A stretch of 64,000 bases of DNA from Histomonas meleagridis 2922-C6/04-290x (lineage: Eukaryota; Protista; Parabasalia), in the NCBI GenBank assembly GCA_020184695.1, contig JAANOX010000268.1, forward strand, positions 124,001-188,000, in the 5' to 3' direction. The position numbers and the translations under genes are program-made. Shown piece after piece: positions 1-10,881 of this stretch (its first letter is position 1; every line of letters begins with the position of its first letter). The notes below the pieces were generated by a model that worked only from the letters and a program-made list of their open reading frames with translations, made no database searches and was not told where the DNA came from.

Positions 1-1
1 T

Positions 2-460
2 GCTTTTCAAATTTGCTGTGATGTTATCACTAGAAAAATATCATATGATTATAGAAAAATGCGTAATATTGAAAAATTACTTCCAGTTGCATATGGACTT
101 GTTCATTCTCGTTTTGTTATTTCACCAGATGGTCTTTATGATGTTCAAAATAAATACAGTTATGGTATTTATGGAAAATGTCCAAGAATTTCATGCAAAG
201 AAGAGAAAGTTATTCCAATTGGAACATCCAGTAAGTTGGGCAAGGCAAATGTTAAGGTATTTTGTCCATGCTGCAGAGAAATATATGAGCCATATCCAAA
301 AATTGACTTAGATGGAGCATTCTTTGGCCCAAACATGGCTCACATTTTCATAGATGAGATGACAGATGGAGGAGTAAAGATTGTTGAACACAGAAAAAAT
401 TACAGAAAATTTGAAAGGAAAGCTTTCGGATTTCGTGTACGCCTACCTGCGCGTGAATAG
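2..460 (+). CDS. CSNK2B: Casein kinase II regulatory (beta) subunit, 5'-partial
   Basis: Frame is open from the window start. It has the CK2-beta motifs YGLVHSRF, YGKCPRISC...PIG, KVFCPCCREIYEP and LDGAFFGP (zinc-finger Cys pairs). Confidence 0.88.
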   Translation, partial: AFQICCDVITRKISYDYRKMRNIEKLLPVAYGLVHSRFVISPDGLYDVQNKYSYGIYGKCPRISCKEEKVIPIGTSSKLGKANVKVFCPCCREIYEPYPKIDLDGAFFGPNMAHIFIDEMTDGGVKIVEHRKNYRKFERKAFGFRVRLPARE

Positions 461-696
461 AGGATTAAACCATGTGATATCTTTCTTTGCCTAAGATGTT
501 GAATAATAAACATATTATACAAAACAACAAAAGAAAAAACGTTTAAAATAACTTTTTGTTTACATAACCGCTGTGCAACGTATTCATTTTATTGCTTCAA
601 AAAAATTAATTTTTGCATCTGTTCTGTTCTAAATTGAAGAGTATTTACCGCAAAAACATAACGCTTATAACCTTTATTTATTAAATAAAATAATTA

Positions 697-1200
697 TTAA
701 TGTTCTTCCTCAGCATCAATCTCTTCAAGAATAGCTTCGACTTTTTTTCGAGCGACTTGAAGCCATAATTCCCCAAGATCTGTAATTTGTTGTAATTGTT
801 GTATGGTGGATTTAATCCATTGTTTGATATATTTTTCTGATTTACGTGCAATAACATTTCGGTTTTTCCATAGCGAATCTAACACAGCAACTGTTTTATT
901 TATGCTTTCTGCCTTTTCATTAAAATTGGTAGTTTGTTTACAAAAAGAAAGATTAGAACAAATAGAATAAGAATCTAAGTTCTTCAAATTATTTAAATTT
1001 GCAATCATGCTTCGCACTATTTTATTACATATGCGGATGTCATCATCTTTAAAAGCTTTGCAAAAAATATCACCATTTTTTTTAATATCATCATCTTTTT
1101 TCCCTTCTTGTATCAAATTAATTATGTAACTGCAAGTAATTGTACATGTGTTGCATCCTATGGAATCATTGCAATATCCAATTGCAAACAACAAAAACAT
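697..1200 (-). CDS. Saposin B-like (SAPLIP) protein with short signal peptide and C-terminal helical extension
   Basis: Six Cys in saposin spacing (CNTC...C...C...CSNLSFC) after the hydrophobic N-terminus MFLLFAIG. Confidence 0.75.
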   Translation of the reverse strand: MFLLFAIGYCNDSIGCNTCTITCSYIINLIQEGKKDDDIKKNGDIFCKAFKDDDIRICNKIVRSMIANLNNLKNLDSYSICSNLSFCKQTTNFNEKAESINKTVAVLDSLWKNRNVIARKSEKYIKQWIKSTIQQLQQITDLGELWLQVARKKVEAILEEIDAEEEH

Positions 1201-1652
1201 TAAAATTTGGTGATTTCTTGATTTTAACGTACAATATCGGGGTACTCTAAATTATATTGTTTTTCTTTTCTACGTCTTGCAAGTAAAATAAAGAGTAATC
1301 TCATCAGGATTTACCATTTGACAATGTAACCATAGTCAACATAATTGTAAATAAAAAAGATAATGTGTTTCATGGTTTGACTTCAACTTTGAATAGACAA
1401 AGTTATAGGAATGGTCTGTGTAACAGCGCAAATAGCTTGCTTTATTAAAAAGCATTTAGATATCATTTTCTTTATCGGGAGATGTTGTATCAAATTGTTT
1501 ATACAATAAACATAAATTCTTTTTTGTGATATCATATATTTGTGTCTGTTTTGTCAATAGTTTTATCTAACCAATCTTTTTTGTTAGAAAGCACAATTAC
1601 TGATGTTGTAAGCGAAGTAAAAACCGAACGTTAATTTTAACGGTCATTTGCT

Positions 1653-2555
1653 TTGGGGGAAAACAAGTCAAGCTTTCTTCATAATATACTTTTAATTATA
1701 TTTATATCATTTTCAATTTATATTCTTCCTTGCTTTGCACCAGCAGGTAATCCACCAAAACCACCAGTGCCTACATCGACTCCATTACCTCCTACGCCTA
1801 AGCCTCCAACAAAAAAGCCAGCGACTAGAAAACCTACACCAACTCGAACGCCAATGGTGACGCCAACTCCAATTTATCAAGAAGCTACCATCCCTGAAAG
1901 TGTTGTTAAAGAAGTTGAAAATCTCAAATCAGACGCAGCCGAAACTATCACCAAAATTAATAAAGAACAGGAAGCTATCCATAAGGGTATTGAAGAAATC
2001 AAAAATAAAGTTAACGAACTTAGTCAAGAATCAGAAGACCAGCCCGATATACCAATTATACCAGAAACTGATTTTTCAAAAATTATTGATGAAAGAATCA
2101 CGCAAACAAGAACACCTCTTATTCTTACATCTATTATATCCAAAGAAGAAATCAGAGGTGTAAATAAATTAACACGAATGCTCAGAAAAGATCCAAATAA
2201 CAGAGTCATGGACGAAATTCATCCAGAAGAAGGTCTCAGATGTGTTAATGGCACTTCTGCAAACTTCACATTTTGGTCTCAATTTCCTACTGATATCTCA
2301 TCAATAGAAATTGATTACCCATATGAAACAAATTCAAAAATATCTATTTTCAAAGTTGTTGGATACCTTGAAAGCGAACCTGTTTGTGATTCTGGTAACT
2401 TTACAATGGAAGGAACGAAAACAAAAGTGACATTTGGGAATAAACCTGTCAAAATCAAAACATTTACATTATATGCATTTAGCAACGCAGGAGACGAAAA
2501 GAAAATATGTATTGGTAATGTAACAGCAGTGTCCCCGTCTTACATTCATAAATAA
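1653..2555 (+). CDS. Membrane-anchored Pro-rich/coiled-coil protein with SUN-like C-terminal domain (start codon uncertain)
   Basis: Hydrophobic helix, PPKPP/PTP-rich linker, coiled coil, then a beta-rich domain ending FTLYAFSNAGDEKKICIG, which resembles the SUN-domain SNxG..TC motif. The first ATG is only at 1854. Confidence 0.5.
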   Translation: MGENKSSFLHNILLIIFISFSIYILPCFAPAGNPPKPPVPTSTPLPPTPKPPTKKPATRKPTPTRTPMVTPTPIYQEATIPESVVKEVENLKSDAAETITKINKEQEAIHKGIEEIKNKVNELSQESEDQPDIPIIPETDFSKIIDERITQTRTPLILTSIISKEEIRGVNKLTRMLRKDPNNRVMDEIHPEEGLRCVNGTSANFTFWSQFPTDISSIEIDYPYETNSKISIFKVVGYLESEPVCDSGNFTMEGTKTKVTFGNKPVKIKTFTLYAFSNAGDEKKICIGNVTAVSPSYIHK

Positions 2556-2831
2556 ATGTGAATATTTATTTATAAAAATCTTGTTGATTCTTATTCATAA
2601 TTTTGCAATATCAATAAAAAAAAAGAAGATATTAACTAACGCAACATGGATAAGCTATGTTTTTTATGATTATTTACTTTTTTTTTCAATGAACGAAAAA
2701 ATTCCAAATCAAATTCTTTTTTTTGAATACATATAATACAAGAATTAAACTACAAAAGTTGAGACAAAAATTTCCAAATTTTTGTTTATATTAAAAAAAA
2801 TTAAAAAAAGACAAATTTTTAAAAAATATAT

Positions 2832-3461
2832 CTATTGTATCTGATGAAATTGGCCAGGATTTTCATCTGTTGATTCATCACTACTTTCAAACAGAGTGAC
2901 AAAATACAAAAGCGCAATGAGCACAAGCCAAATCAAAGAGAAAATTAAAAGTAATTTTGATGCTTGAGAAGTCCTTTCAATAACATATTGCTTAATACAC
3001 TCTTCGAGATTTTTTTCTGTTACGTTGTACTTGTTTTTGAACCAAATTGTTTTGATGTCGTTTTCATTCTGTACAATAAAATCATTGATTTTCGTGCTGA
3101 CGGAATTCTGCCTTGAACTTGATCCAAATGAAATAGAAAAGAAAAAAGTTAATATTAAATAGATAACAGTAAACCCTATTGACAAGAAAAAACAATGTAA
3201 TGAATAATCTGGGAAAATTTTGTAGAAATAAAATAAGAAACCCAGAACAGAGACTACCAAACAAATAACAAGAAACGCTGAAACAATCAGTTGTGATTTT
3301 CCAACAACATCTTTCCATAATGAATCAGAAAATTTTCCCGCTAATACAAACAAAACTATGAGTAACACTAACGAGAAAAGCGCAGCTCCTACCTTTATGT
3401 AAAATGTTGGCATTAGATACCATTTCTTTATTCCAAAATTTATGTCTTTGATTTCTTTCAT
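2832..3461 (-). CDS. Four-TM membrane protein (tetraspanin-like topology)
   Basis: 209-aa ORF with three N-terminal TM helices, an extracellular loop and one C-terminal TM helix. Confidence 0.6.
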   Translation of the reverse strand: MKEIKDINFGIKKWYLMPTFYIKVGAALFSLVLLIVLFVLAGKFSDSLWKDVVGKSQLIVSAFLVICLVVSVLGFLFYFYKIFPDYSLHCFFLSIGFTVIYLILTFFFSISFGSSSRQNSVSTKINDFIVQNENDIKTIWFKNKYNVTEKNLEECIKQYVIERTSQASKLLLIFSLIWLVLIALLYFVTLFESSDESTDENPGQFHQIQ

Positions 3462-3705
3462 TTGACATAAATAGTTTTACTCAATTTTTTTTGACAGTTA
3501 ATCCCCTTTCTTCTTGCCCCAAAATTTAAAAATTTAATATCAAAATGCTGATAAGTATATATTCCAAAAGAGTCAATACAACTTTTAAATTTTTATAAAG
3601 AAGTATGTAGTTTCAGTTTTTCAAGACTGTATTATGTTGTTGTTATATATCAGAATTAACATTTGTGAAAACCAATGAGAATTTGGTTTTTTATATAAAT
3701 ACATT

Positions 3706-4191
3706 ATGCGAACAAATAAGCTACATCATGAAAAATCCAAAAAACCTTTTGTTTTTAACTTTTCATACAACATGACAAATTCACAAGCAAGTAAATTACA
3801 ATCAGATTCATGTGAAAAATTTACTACCATACAAGAGTTACCTTCTCGGCCAGTTCCACTCAAATTGAAGCGTGTGCGTGTTTCATCAATTTTATCGACG
3901 AGTTATTATATGATGCAAATGAAAACAAGGAAAACAAATGATACTTCACAAAATCCTGATTCAGCTAATCCAAAAACTGTGAAAAATGTAGAACATTCAC
4001 CAGAAGACAACATTATACAAGACAAATATTTTGAAATTGAAGAAGATTATGTCTTTCTTTCCAATCTTGCGCCACCTCCAAAATTTAAACCAAACACTGA
4101 TCGATACCCTTCTGGAAATCCTACTGGAACGTGGGAGTTTCCTGGATTTGACGAAACACTTGATCATTTATATGCATCAAAAGAAATGTAA
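3706..4191 (+). CDS. Hypothetical protein
   Basis: 161-aa ATG-initiated ORF with coding-like composition and no recognisable domain. Confidence 0.55.
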   Translation: MRTNKLHHEKSKKPFVFNFSYNMTNSQASKLQSDSCEKFTTIQELPSRPVPLKLKRVRVSSILSTSYYMMQMKTRKTNDTSQNPDSANPKTVKNVEHSPEDNIIQDKYFEIEEDYVFLSNLAPPPKFKPNTDRYPSGNPTGTWEFPGFDETLDHLYASKEM

Positions 4192-4794
4192 AATGATTTA
4201 TTAATAAATGTAAAAAGTAATATTTCAAATTTTATCGAAAGAATTTCACAAAATGGAATCTAGCTTCAATCATTTTTACAATTTTAACCAATGTTTTCTA
4301 TATATATTCGAGTACATCACTTATTATATTAGATTTTGATGAAAAGGACGGATTGTAATATTTGTTCAATTTTCGACGAAAAAATGTTTCAGATATTGAT
4401 ATTTTTACGTTGCCTCCAATAGTGATAGTTTCTAAAAAAAACAATCACCAAATGTATCCTACTTTTCATAAAAATATCTGAAGTTTTTTCTTAATTTAAG
4501 GAATTTTGTAACATAGGAGAGAAATGCAATCGACTTTCACGACTAATTTTTCTCGAAGAATTATTAATGTTTTTAGATTTTAAATAAACCAATCTTCATC
4601 ACAATGCCAGGTGGTATGATTATTATATAAAATATCATTTTTTGCTAAATTATTAAATTTTTGAAATTAAAACTTAAACTTTATTCTAATGATATATTTA
4701 AGTCTACAGCACAAATAAATTTCATGCATTAAAGAGTTATATCAAAATTTATTTTTGGTTACCAATTCATTCATGTTCAAGAAGATTTCTTGAG

Positions 4795-4880
4795 AAGTAA
4801 TTTAATGAACTTTATAAGATGCAAATATAAGTGCTATACTAAATATTTCAAATAATTTCCAATTATTATTTTAAAGCTCC
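4795..4880 (-). pseudogene. Ankyrin-repeat relic carrying two 17-nt spacers
   Basis: Minus strand reads [GCTTTAAAATAATAATT]GGA[AATTATTTGAAATATTT]AGT ATA GCA CTT ATA TTT GCA TCT TAT AAA GTT CAT TAA = G-S-I-A-L-I-F-A-S-Y-K-V-H-stop. Confidence 0.6.
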
Positions 4881-5054
4881 AATGAATCAAAAAGATATTG
4901 ATATGTTTTAAACATTTGTTACTTTTTTTTAAAAAACAACCCAATCATGAACTTTAATGAGAATGCTCGTTTTGAATTGAGAAAAAGTAAACTATGTAAA
5001 AAGTGCTCCTTAGGCACTTCATAAAAATTTTTGGAGAATTTCTCTGTTTTTGAA

Positions 5055-6874
5055 ATGGAACAGAATTTAACAAATGATAAACAAGAGAAATGTATTCACA
5101 ATATAGTATCAATTCAAAAAATCATTCGAGAATTGAATACTACAAATGTAGAGGAATCAGTAATGACAATTTTAAGTTCATTTGATAATAATTCAATGAA
5201 CGATGTCTTATGTAATTTAATCTACAGATATTTTGTAGCAAGAATACTTGACTTTGATATATGTTTAAATTTTATAAATGTTATTAATCAAAAAGAAAAC
5301 CATATTACAGATATTTTTACACAATTACTTCTCGATTTAGATACGCAAGAATCAAATTTTTTACTTGAGAAGTTGATCGAGAAAGAAATGATAAATCCAA
5401 ATGTAGTTAAAAGCAAGAAAACATTATATTTTATACATTATCAAACTCAAAATGAAATTAAATCATTAAATTCTTGTCAATTTTATGATGAGACAAGAAA
5501 TAATATTGAACTATTCAAGAATGATTGGAAGCTTCATAAGCAATTAATTAAAGAAGGACATAATCCAAATGAAATAGCAAAAATAATTCGAAATGATGAA
5601 ATCGAAAAACTTCAAGAAATATCATTTCAACCAAATTTTAATTTTAGTCAACCCATTAAACCATCACTTTATGAAAGATGTTCATATATTAATCAAAGTG
5701 CTGTTACATTAATTGATTATGCAGCATTTTTTGGATCAGTTAAATGTTTCAAATATTTATTATTAAATAATGCTAGGTTAATGAATACGGGAAAATATGC
5801 AGTTGCAGGTGGAAATCTTGAAATTATTCATTTATGTGAACAAAACCATTCGTCATTCTCAAATTCAATTGAAAATGTAATAAAATTTCATCGAAATGAT
5901 ATCTTTGATTATATTTATGAAAATAAAATTTTTGGTGCTCCGAATATTAATCATTTGGTGAGAAAATGTATTACTTCTTATAATTATGAATTGTTTTTAT
6001 TTTTTAAAGAAAAAGCTGAAATAAAAATTGATGATTTTTTTTCTGATATAATAAAAAGTCGTAATATTTATTTAGTCAAATGCTTCCTTGAAAATATTGA
6101 TCTTGGAAAAGCATTTATTGCTTCTTCTGAAATTGGAATTATAGAAATAGTAAAATTACTTCTTAAACAAGAAGGAATTAATGTTAATGCGAAAGATATT
6201 TATTTGTTTTATAAAATATTTATTTTAATAATTTGATATTTCTAAACAATATTTGGTAATTATTTAAATTATCTAGTACAGCACTTATTAAAGCATCAGA
6301 AAAAGGTCATATAGAAATCGTCAAATTACTTCTTGAACAAAAAGGAATTGATATTAATGCTAAAGATATTTATATGTTTTATTTATTATTTATTTTAATA
6401 ATTTCGCATTTCATAATAATATTTGGGAATTATAAAAAATATTTAAAACAGCACTTATATTTGCATCTGAAAAAGGTCATACAAAAATAGTCGAATTACT
6501 TCTTCAACAAAAAAAAATTGAAATTAATGCTAAAGATATTTAATTATTTTATTTAAAATTTATTTTAATAATTTTATATTTCAAAATAATATTTGGAAGT
6601 TATTTAAATTACTTCAAACAGCACTTATTTGGGCATCTACGTATGGTAAAATAGAAATAGTTAAATTACTTCTTGAACAAAAACGAATTAAAGTTAATGC
6701 CAGAGATATTTAATTTTTTTATATAAAATTTGTTTTAATAATTTTTTATTTCAAAATAATATTTGGAAAAAATTTAAATTATTTAATACAGCGTATAGTG
6801 TTGCTTCTGATTATGATATGAGATGTTTGATATGTTCTAAAGAATATGAAAATGCCAAATGTGTATTCCAATAA
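5055..6874 (+). CDS. DUF3447-type ankyrin-repeat protein, interrupted by sixteen 17-nt spacers
   Basis: N-terminal region has LIDYAAFFGSVKCFKYLLLN / GKYAVAGGNLEIIHLCEQ. Removing the 17-nt spacers gives KDNDGSTALIKASEKGH, KDIRGKTALIFASEKGH, KDKYGQTALIWASTYGK and RDKFGNTAYSVASDYDMRCLI..., ending at TAA 6872-6874 with no internal stop. Confidence 0.85.
6198..6787 (+). other. Four clusters of 4 x (17-nt spacer + 3-nt codon), 170-nt period
   Basis: Clusters start at 6198, 6368, 6538 and 6708. Retained triplets are AAT-GAT-GGT-AGT, ATT-CGC-GGG-AAA, AAA-TAT-GGA-CAA and AAA-TTT-GGA-AAT. Confidence 0.9.
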
Positions 6875-7528
6875 ATATATAAATTGAGGCATGTGATAAA
6901 CATTTTTTTATTTTCTAATTTTCATTTTCTTAAGTTTTTGCAATTCTTCTAGTCCAGCTAAATGAAGAACTATTATCATAAAATTTGATAATGCAAAGAT
7001 AAATAATTGTTTTGGAGTAATATCTCCTAAAAGTGTTTTTATTTTTTGAAGATAGTTCTTTAATTGCATTATTGCTCTGTATTAAGCATTTGAAAATCTT
7101 TCCTTATCTCCTTCTATAATTTCATTTTTAATAGATTTATAGAACAGCTACAATATCCCTCATCTTCAAAGAACATCTTTAAGATATTTTTGGTAATCAC
7201 TTTCGAATTTTAATCCTTCAAAAGTATCAACAATGAGAGATAAAAGCTCAAAATAATAGAATCACATTCTTTTTATTATTGTTTCATTATATAGAACCCT
7301 TTAACTTCTTTTGATGATCTTTCAATATCTTCTTTAAATAAGTTCTTTTTTATCAACGAAACATTAAAAAATCATAGAATTTAATTATGCTTCTTATCCA
7401 TATCTTGTGAAAAATATTTTACAAGATTTTCATTCTTTATATTGCTGCTCTCAATTGTTTTCATTTTGTAATTTAAATTACTGAAATTTCTTTTTCTTTT
7501 TAAATAAATAAATAAAAAAAATTGTTTA

Positions 7529-9188
7529 CTAATTAACGCAATGTCTCAACAAGCTCAAAATATCATTAGAAATCTTTTCGAAGTTATCTGTTTCCCAAAT
7601 TATGAACGATGCATCGATGTCCAATTGTGCTCTTTTTTCCTCTAATGCGGTGTTTACTTCGTTTCTTGTGGTTATTTCGGGGTGTACCTCTGCGAAGTTT
7701 TTATGCATTTGTTGTTGACGGACAATTGTTAATCTCATTGAAAGTATCAATTCTTTAAAATTAGAATACAAGTGAACAACAGATTCACTGAATTGCTGAA
7801 TGATGGAGTGAGCTTTCGCAATCAGTATTTTGTAGTTTGAAAGTATTCTATTTAATGTCAATAAATGACTTCTGTTAGAGATCTCATCAATCGATGATAT
7901 ATCAGTTTCAACTTGTTCAAAGATAGTACTCTTAGCATTGTAGATGTTATTTTGGAAGGATTCAACTTGTGAGTAACAATTTCCTGGAAATGTATTTGGA
8001 GCGGTCTTACAATTGCGTAAAATGTCAAGTGTAGTTTGTATCAAATCTTTCCATTTCTTCTCATCTTCCATAAAAGCAGATTCGATCTCTTGACGCTCGC
8101 CTACAGCAAGAAAATCGAATTGCTTCTTCAAGTACGATAGGCGGCACTTTTTCAATTGACGGAAAAACGTTTCGACGTTTTTGCAGAAGTTGCCTATAGC
8201 GATGATGAGTTCGTGGATTTCGCCAATGGTGGGTGATATGAAGCCATCGGAGATGTTCATATCATGTGCCTTTTTTGTAAAGGATTTAAGTTGGGGCTTT
8301 AATTGTTGGAATTCATTCTTAAGTGATTCAAGCTGTGTTTCAAATTCATTGTGATCATTACTGGGATTAGTAGTCCATTTTTTGAGAATGGACTGTAACT
8401 CTTCTGGAAGTGTACCTTTGTATTTGGTGGAATCAACACCAGCTGCTAAAAGAAGACGAAAAACAGAAAATTGCTTCTTTTTGATGGAAAGCTCAAAGGC
8501 ACTTTCTTCTAATGGTTCAGTACCATTTGGATCAGCGCCATTTTGAATCAAAAAGAATGCAATTCTGATGTGATTCTTATCAATAGATACAGCTAAGGGT
8601 GAAGGATACGAATTCAAATATGCAGTTGGAGTTCCGTTAGATAAAAGTATAGAGACAATATCATCATAGCCAGATTCAGAAGCATAATATATAGGTGTTA
8701 AATTAAATGTAAAAAATAAACTTTAAAAAAATAAAATAAACATTAGAAATTAAAAATAAACATCTGGAATTGATGTATCGGCGCCTTCCCAAAGTAGTCT
8801 CTTAATGAAATATCTTTGTCGCATATGAACAGCAAAGCTAATTGGCGTCACATTCATTGGCGTTAGTTCATTCAGGTCTACGCCTTGTGTGAGTAAATAG
8901 TCAAAAGCTGTTCGAGAAGAATATCGAATTGCTGTTGTTAACAACATTTTCGTACTACATCCATTTTCAACAAGCAACTTGAGCGAATCTATGTTTCCGT
9001 TTGATATGCAATGTCTAGCTAGCGTCTTCAGTTAAAAAGAAATAAACATTAATTAAATCAAATAAATATTAAGTTAAAAAAATAAACAACGTATGAGATA
9101 AAGAAACTACTTCGTCCAGATTTTTCCCTGATTTGATGAAGCTTGTAATAAATTCCGTTGACGTATCACATGCAAGTTGGGTACTCAT
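7529..9188 (-). CDS. Ankyrin-repeat protein with C-terminal coiled-coil/helical region; two spacer clusters
   Basis: ATG at 9188 has AACGGTTTTTT upstream. ORF pieces 8750-8977 and 7529-8617 join after removing three 17-nt spacers at 8761-8705 (IPD-N-K-N-LTPIYYASESGY). The first cluster (9107-9031) has one ambiguous junction. Confidence 0.75.
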
Positions 9189-9688
9189 TTACAAAAAACC
9201 GTTAATTAGGGCACCCCATACATATTTCGATAGAACAAATGCTAAAAATTATTGGGTTGAAACTTTTCATAAAAATCTAAATAAAAAACAGACTTCTTGA
9301 ACAATTGTTTATGGTAAACATGATGTTAACATCTTACTGTTTTCAATTGTTGATAAAATCTTAAACATTTCTGGTAGCAATTTGAAATATTGTGCACAAT
9401 ATTTGAATTTTTTGTGGCAATTAATTCGTTGTCTTTGTGTACACACGAATTTCAATAATCTTGAAAAATTTTATTAACGTATCATTACCAATTTATGAGA
9501 ACGTCTATTCAATACAGGAGAATCTTATTGAAATGATTACATGTTTTATTTTCCAAATTAAAAGAAAAATCATTACTTGATTCAAAGTGACTTATGTTAA
9601 TAAGTATTTATCAATTTTTTATTTTTAAATTCATTTTCTAAATTCAGATAACATATTCTTGAATAAAATAAAAATATTCATTTATTTA

Positions 9689-10534
9689 ATGAAGCCAGGA
9701 AATATTTCTTTAATTGAAATAGCTTTTAGCTATTTAACTGAGGAAATTCCTGATGGTTGTATACTTCCACAATCTTTCTTTCCCAATGTTAGACAAATGT
9801 ATATAGAACTTTTAGAAGGAAAGCCAGTAAAAGAGAAATTAGCAAATTATTTAAAAAAGAACATTAACACTGATCGTCCACTTTTAAGAATTTTGGATAT
9901 AATGACTGTAGAAGAAACCTCATTTCCTAATAATAATAAATCATTGTATAACTCAACTGAAAAAAGAAAAAGACCATGGTCACATGTTGAGGATAATCGC
10001 TTAATAGCTGCTGTTAATAAACTAGGAATGACTGATTGGGAAGCAATAGCACGATTTGTTGGTAATGGTAGGTCTCGACCTCAATGTTCACAAAGGTGGA
10101 AAAGAGCATTAGATCCGAGAATTACCAAAGAACCATGGACACCAGCTGAAGAGCAAAAACTTATTGAACTAGTTCGTGAGCATGGTGCAAAAGGATGGGG
10201 AAAAATATCATTAATGATGGGCTCGAGATCTGACCTCCAATGCCGTTATAGGTATGAGCAAATCAAGAGACAACGTGGCGATGCATTTAAATATTCATCG
10301 TTACCATTTTTTAATTCTATTTATGGTTTTTCAAGAATTTATAATAATTCTGGGAAATTGCAGTTCTCAGATAAAGAACAAAATATTATTCCACAGCAAT
10401 ATTCTATTCAGGAATTGCTTTCAAAACCGAATAATAATGAACATAAGAAGTTAGATTCAATCGCTTGTATTTTATCAAAAGCAGAACTTGAATCACTTCA
10501 AATGAATGTTCAAGTCAAACAATGCGTCCAATAA
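9689..10534 (+). CDS. R2R3 Myb-like DNA-binding protein
   Basis: Two Myb repeats (PWSHVEDNRL...W...QCSQRW; PWTPAEEQKL...WGKIS...QCRYRY). A TCATTT initiator lies just upstream of ATG 9689. Confidence 0.9.
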   Translation: MKPGNISLIEIAFSYLTEEIPDGCILPQSFFPNVRQMYIELLEGKPVKEKLANYLKKNINTDRPLLRILDIMTVEETSFPNNNKSLYNSTEKRKRPWSHVEDNRLIAAVNKLGMTDWEAIARFVGNGRSRPQCSQRWKRALDPRITKEPWTPAEEQKLIELVREHGAKGWGKISLMMGSRSDLQCRYRYEQIKRQRGDAFKYSSLPFFNSIYGFSRIYNNSGKLQFSDKEQNIIPQQYSIQELLSKPNNNEHKKLDSIACILSKAELESLQMNVQVKQCVQ

Positions 10535-10881
10535 ATGGGTTTAGTTTGACTCTATGATCATAAACAAACAATTAATTTTTTATATTTGGCATCAAAATGA
10601 ATGATAATTTGAAATAAACAAGTGTAGTTTTTGAGATGTTGATAAAATTTAAAAAAATATATAAAGCAGGTTTTGAAACATTAAAAATATCAAACAATAA
10701 TTTTATTTTTACAGCTCGAAGAGGTGTGACAGAATTAGATTAAGTAAGCTTTCATGATGTTATGTATTACTAAGAAATATTTTATTTTGCTGAAATAACA
10801 AATGTTTATTTTTTTTCTGTCCCAAATCAGGGCACCCCATCATCCACGTCCAGCTTCCCAAAAACACCAAAATAAAACACA

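Noticed and set aside
4330-4470. BspA-like LRR relic on the minus strand
   Set aside because: Only a short LETITIGGNVK-like fragment with stops; too weak to call.
6195-6280. Single AT-AC (U12-type) intron spanning each 80-nt block
   Set aside because: Removing AT...AC destroys the TAL motif and frame, and there is no ATATCCTT or U12 branch consensus.
6930-7466. Degraded minus-strand ORF between the two ankyrin genes
   Set aside because: Many stops, no recognisable motif and no 17-nt spacer pattern.
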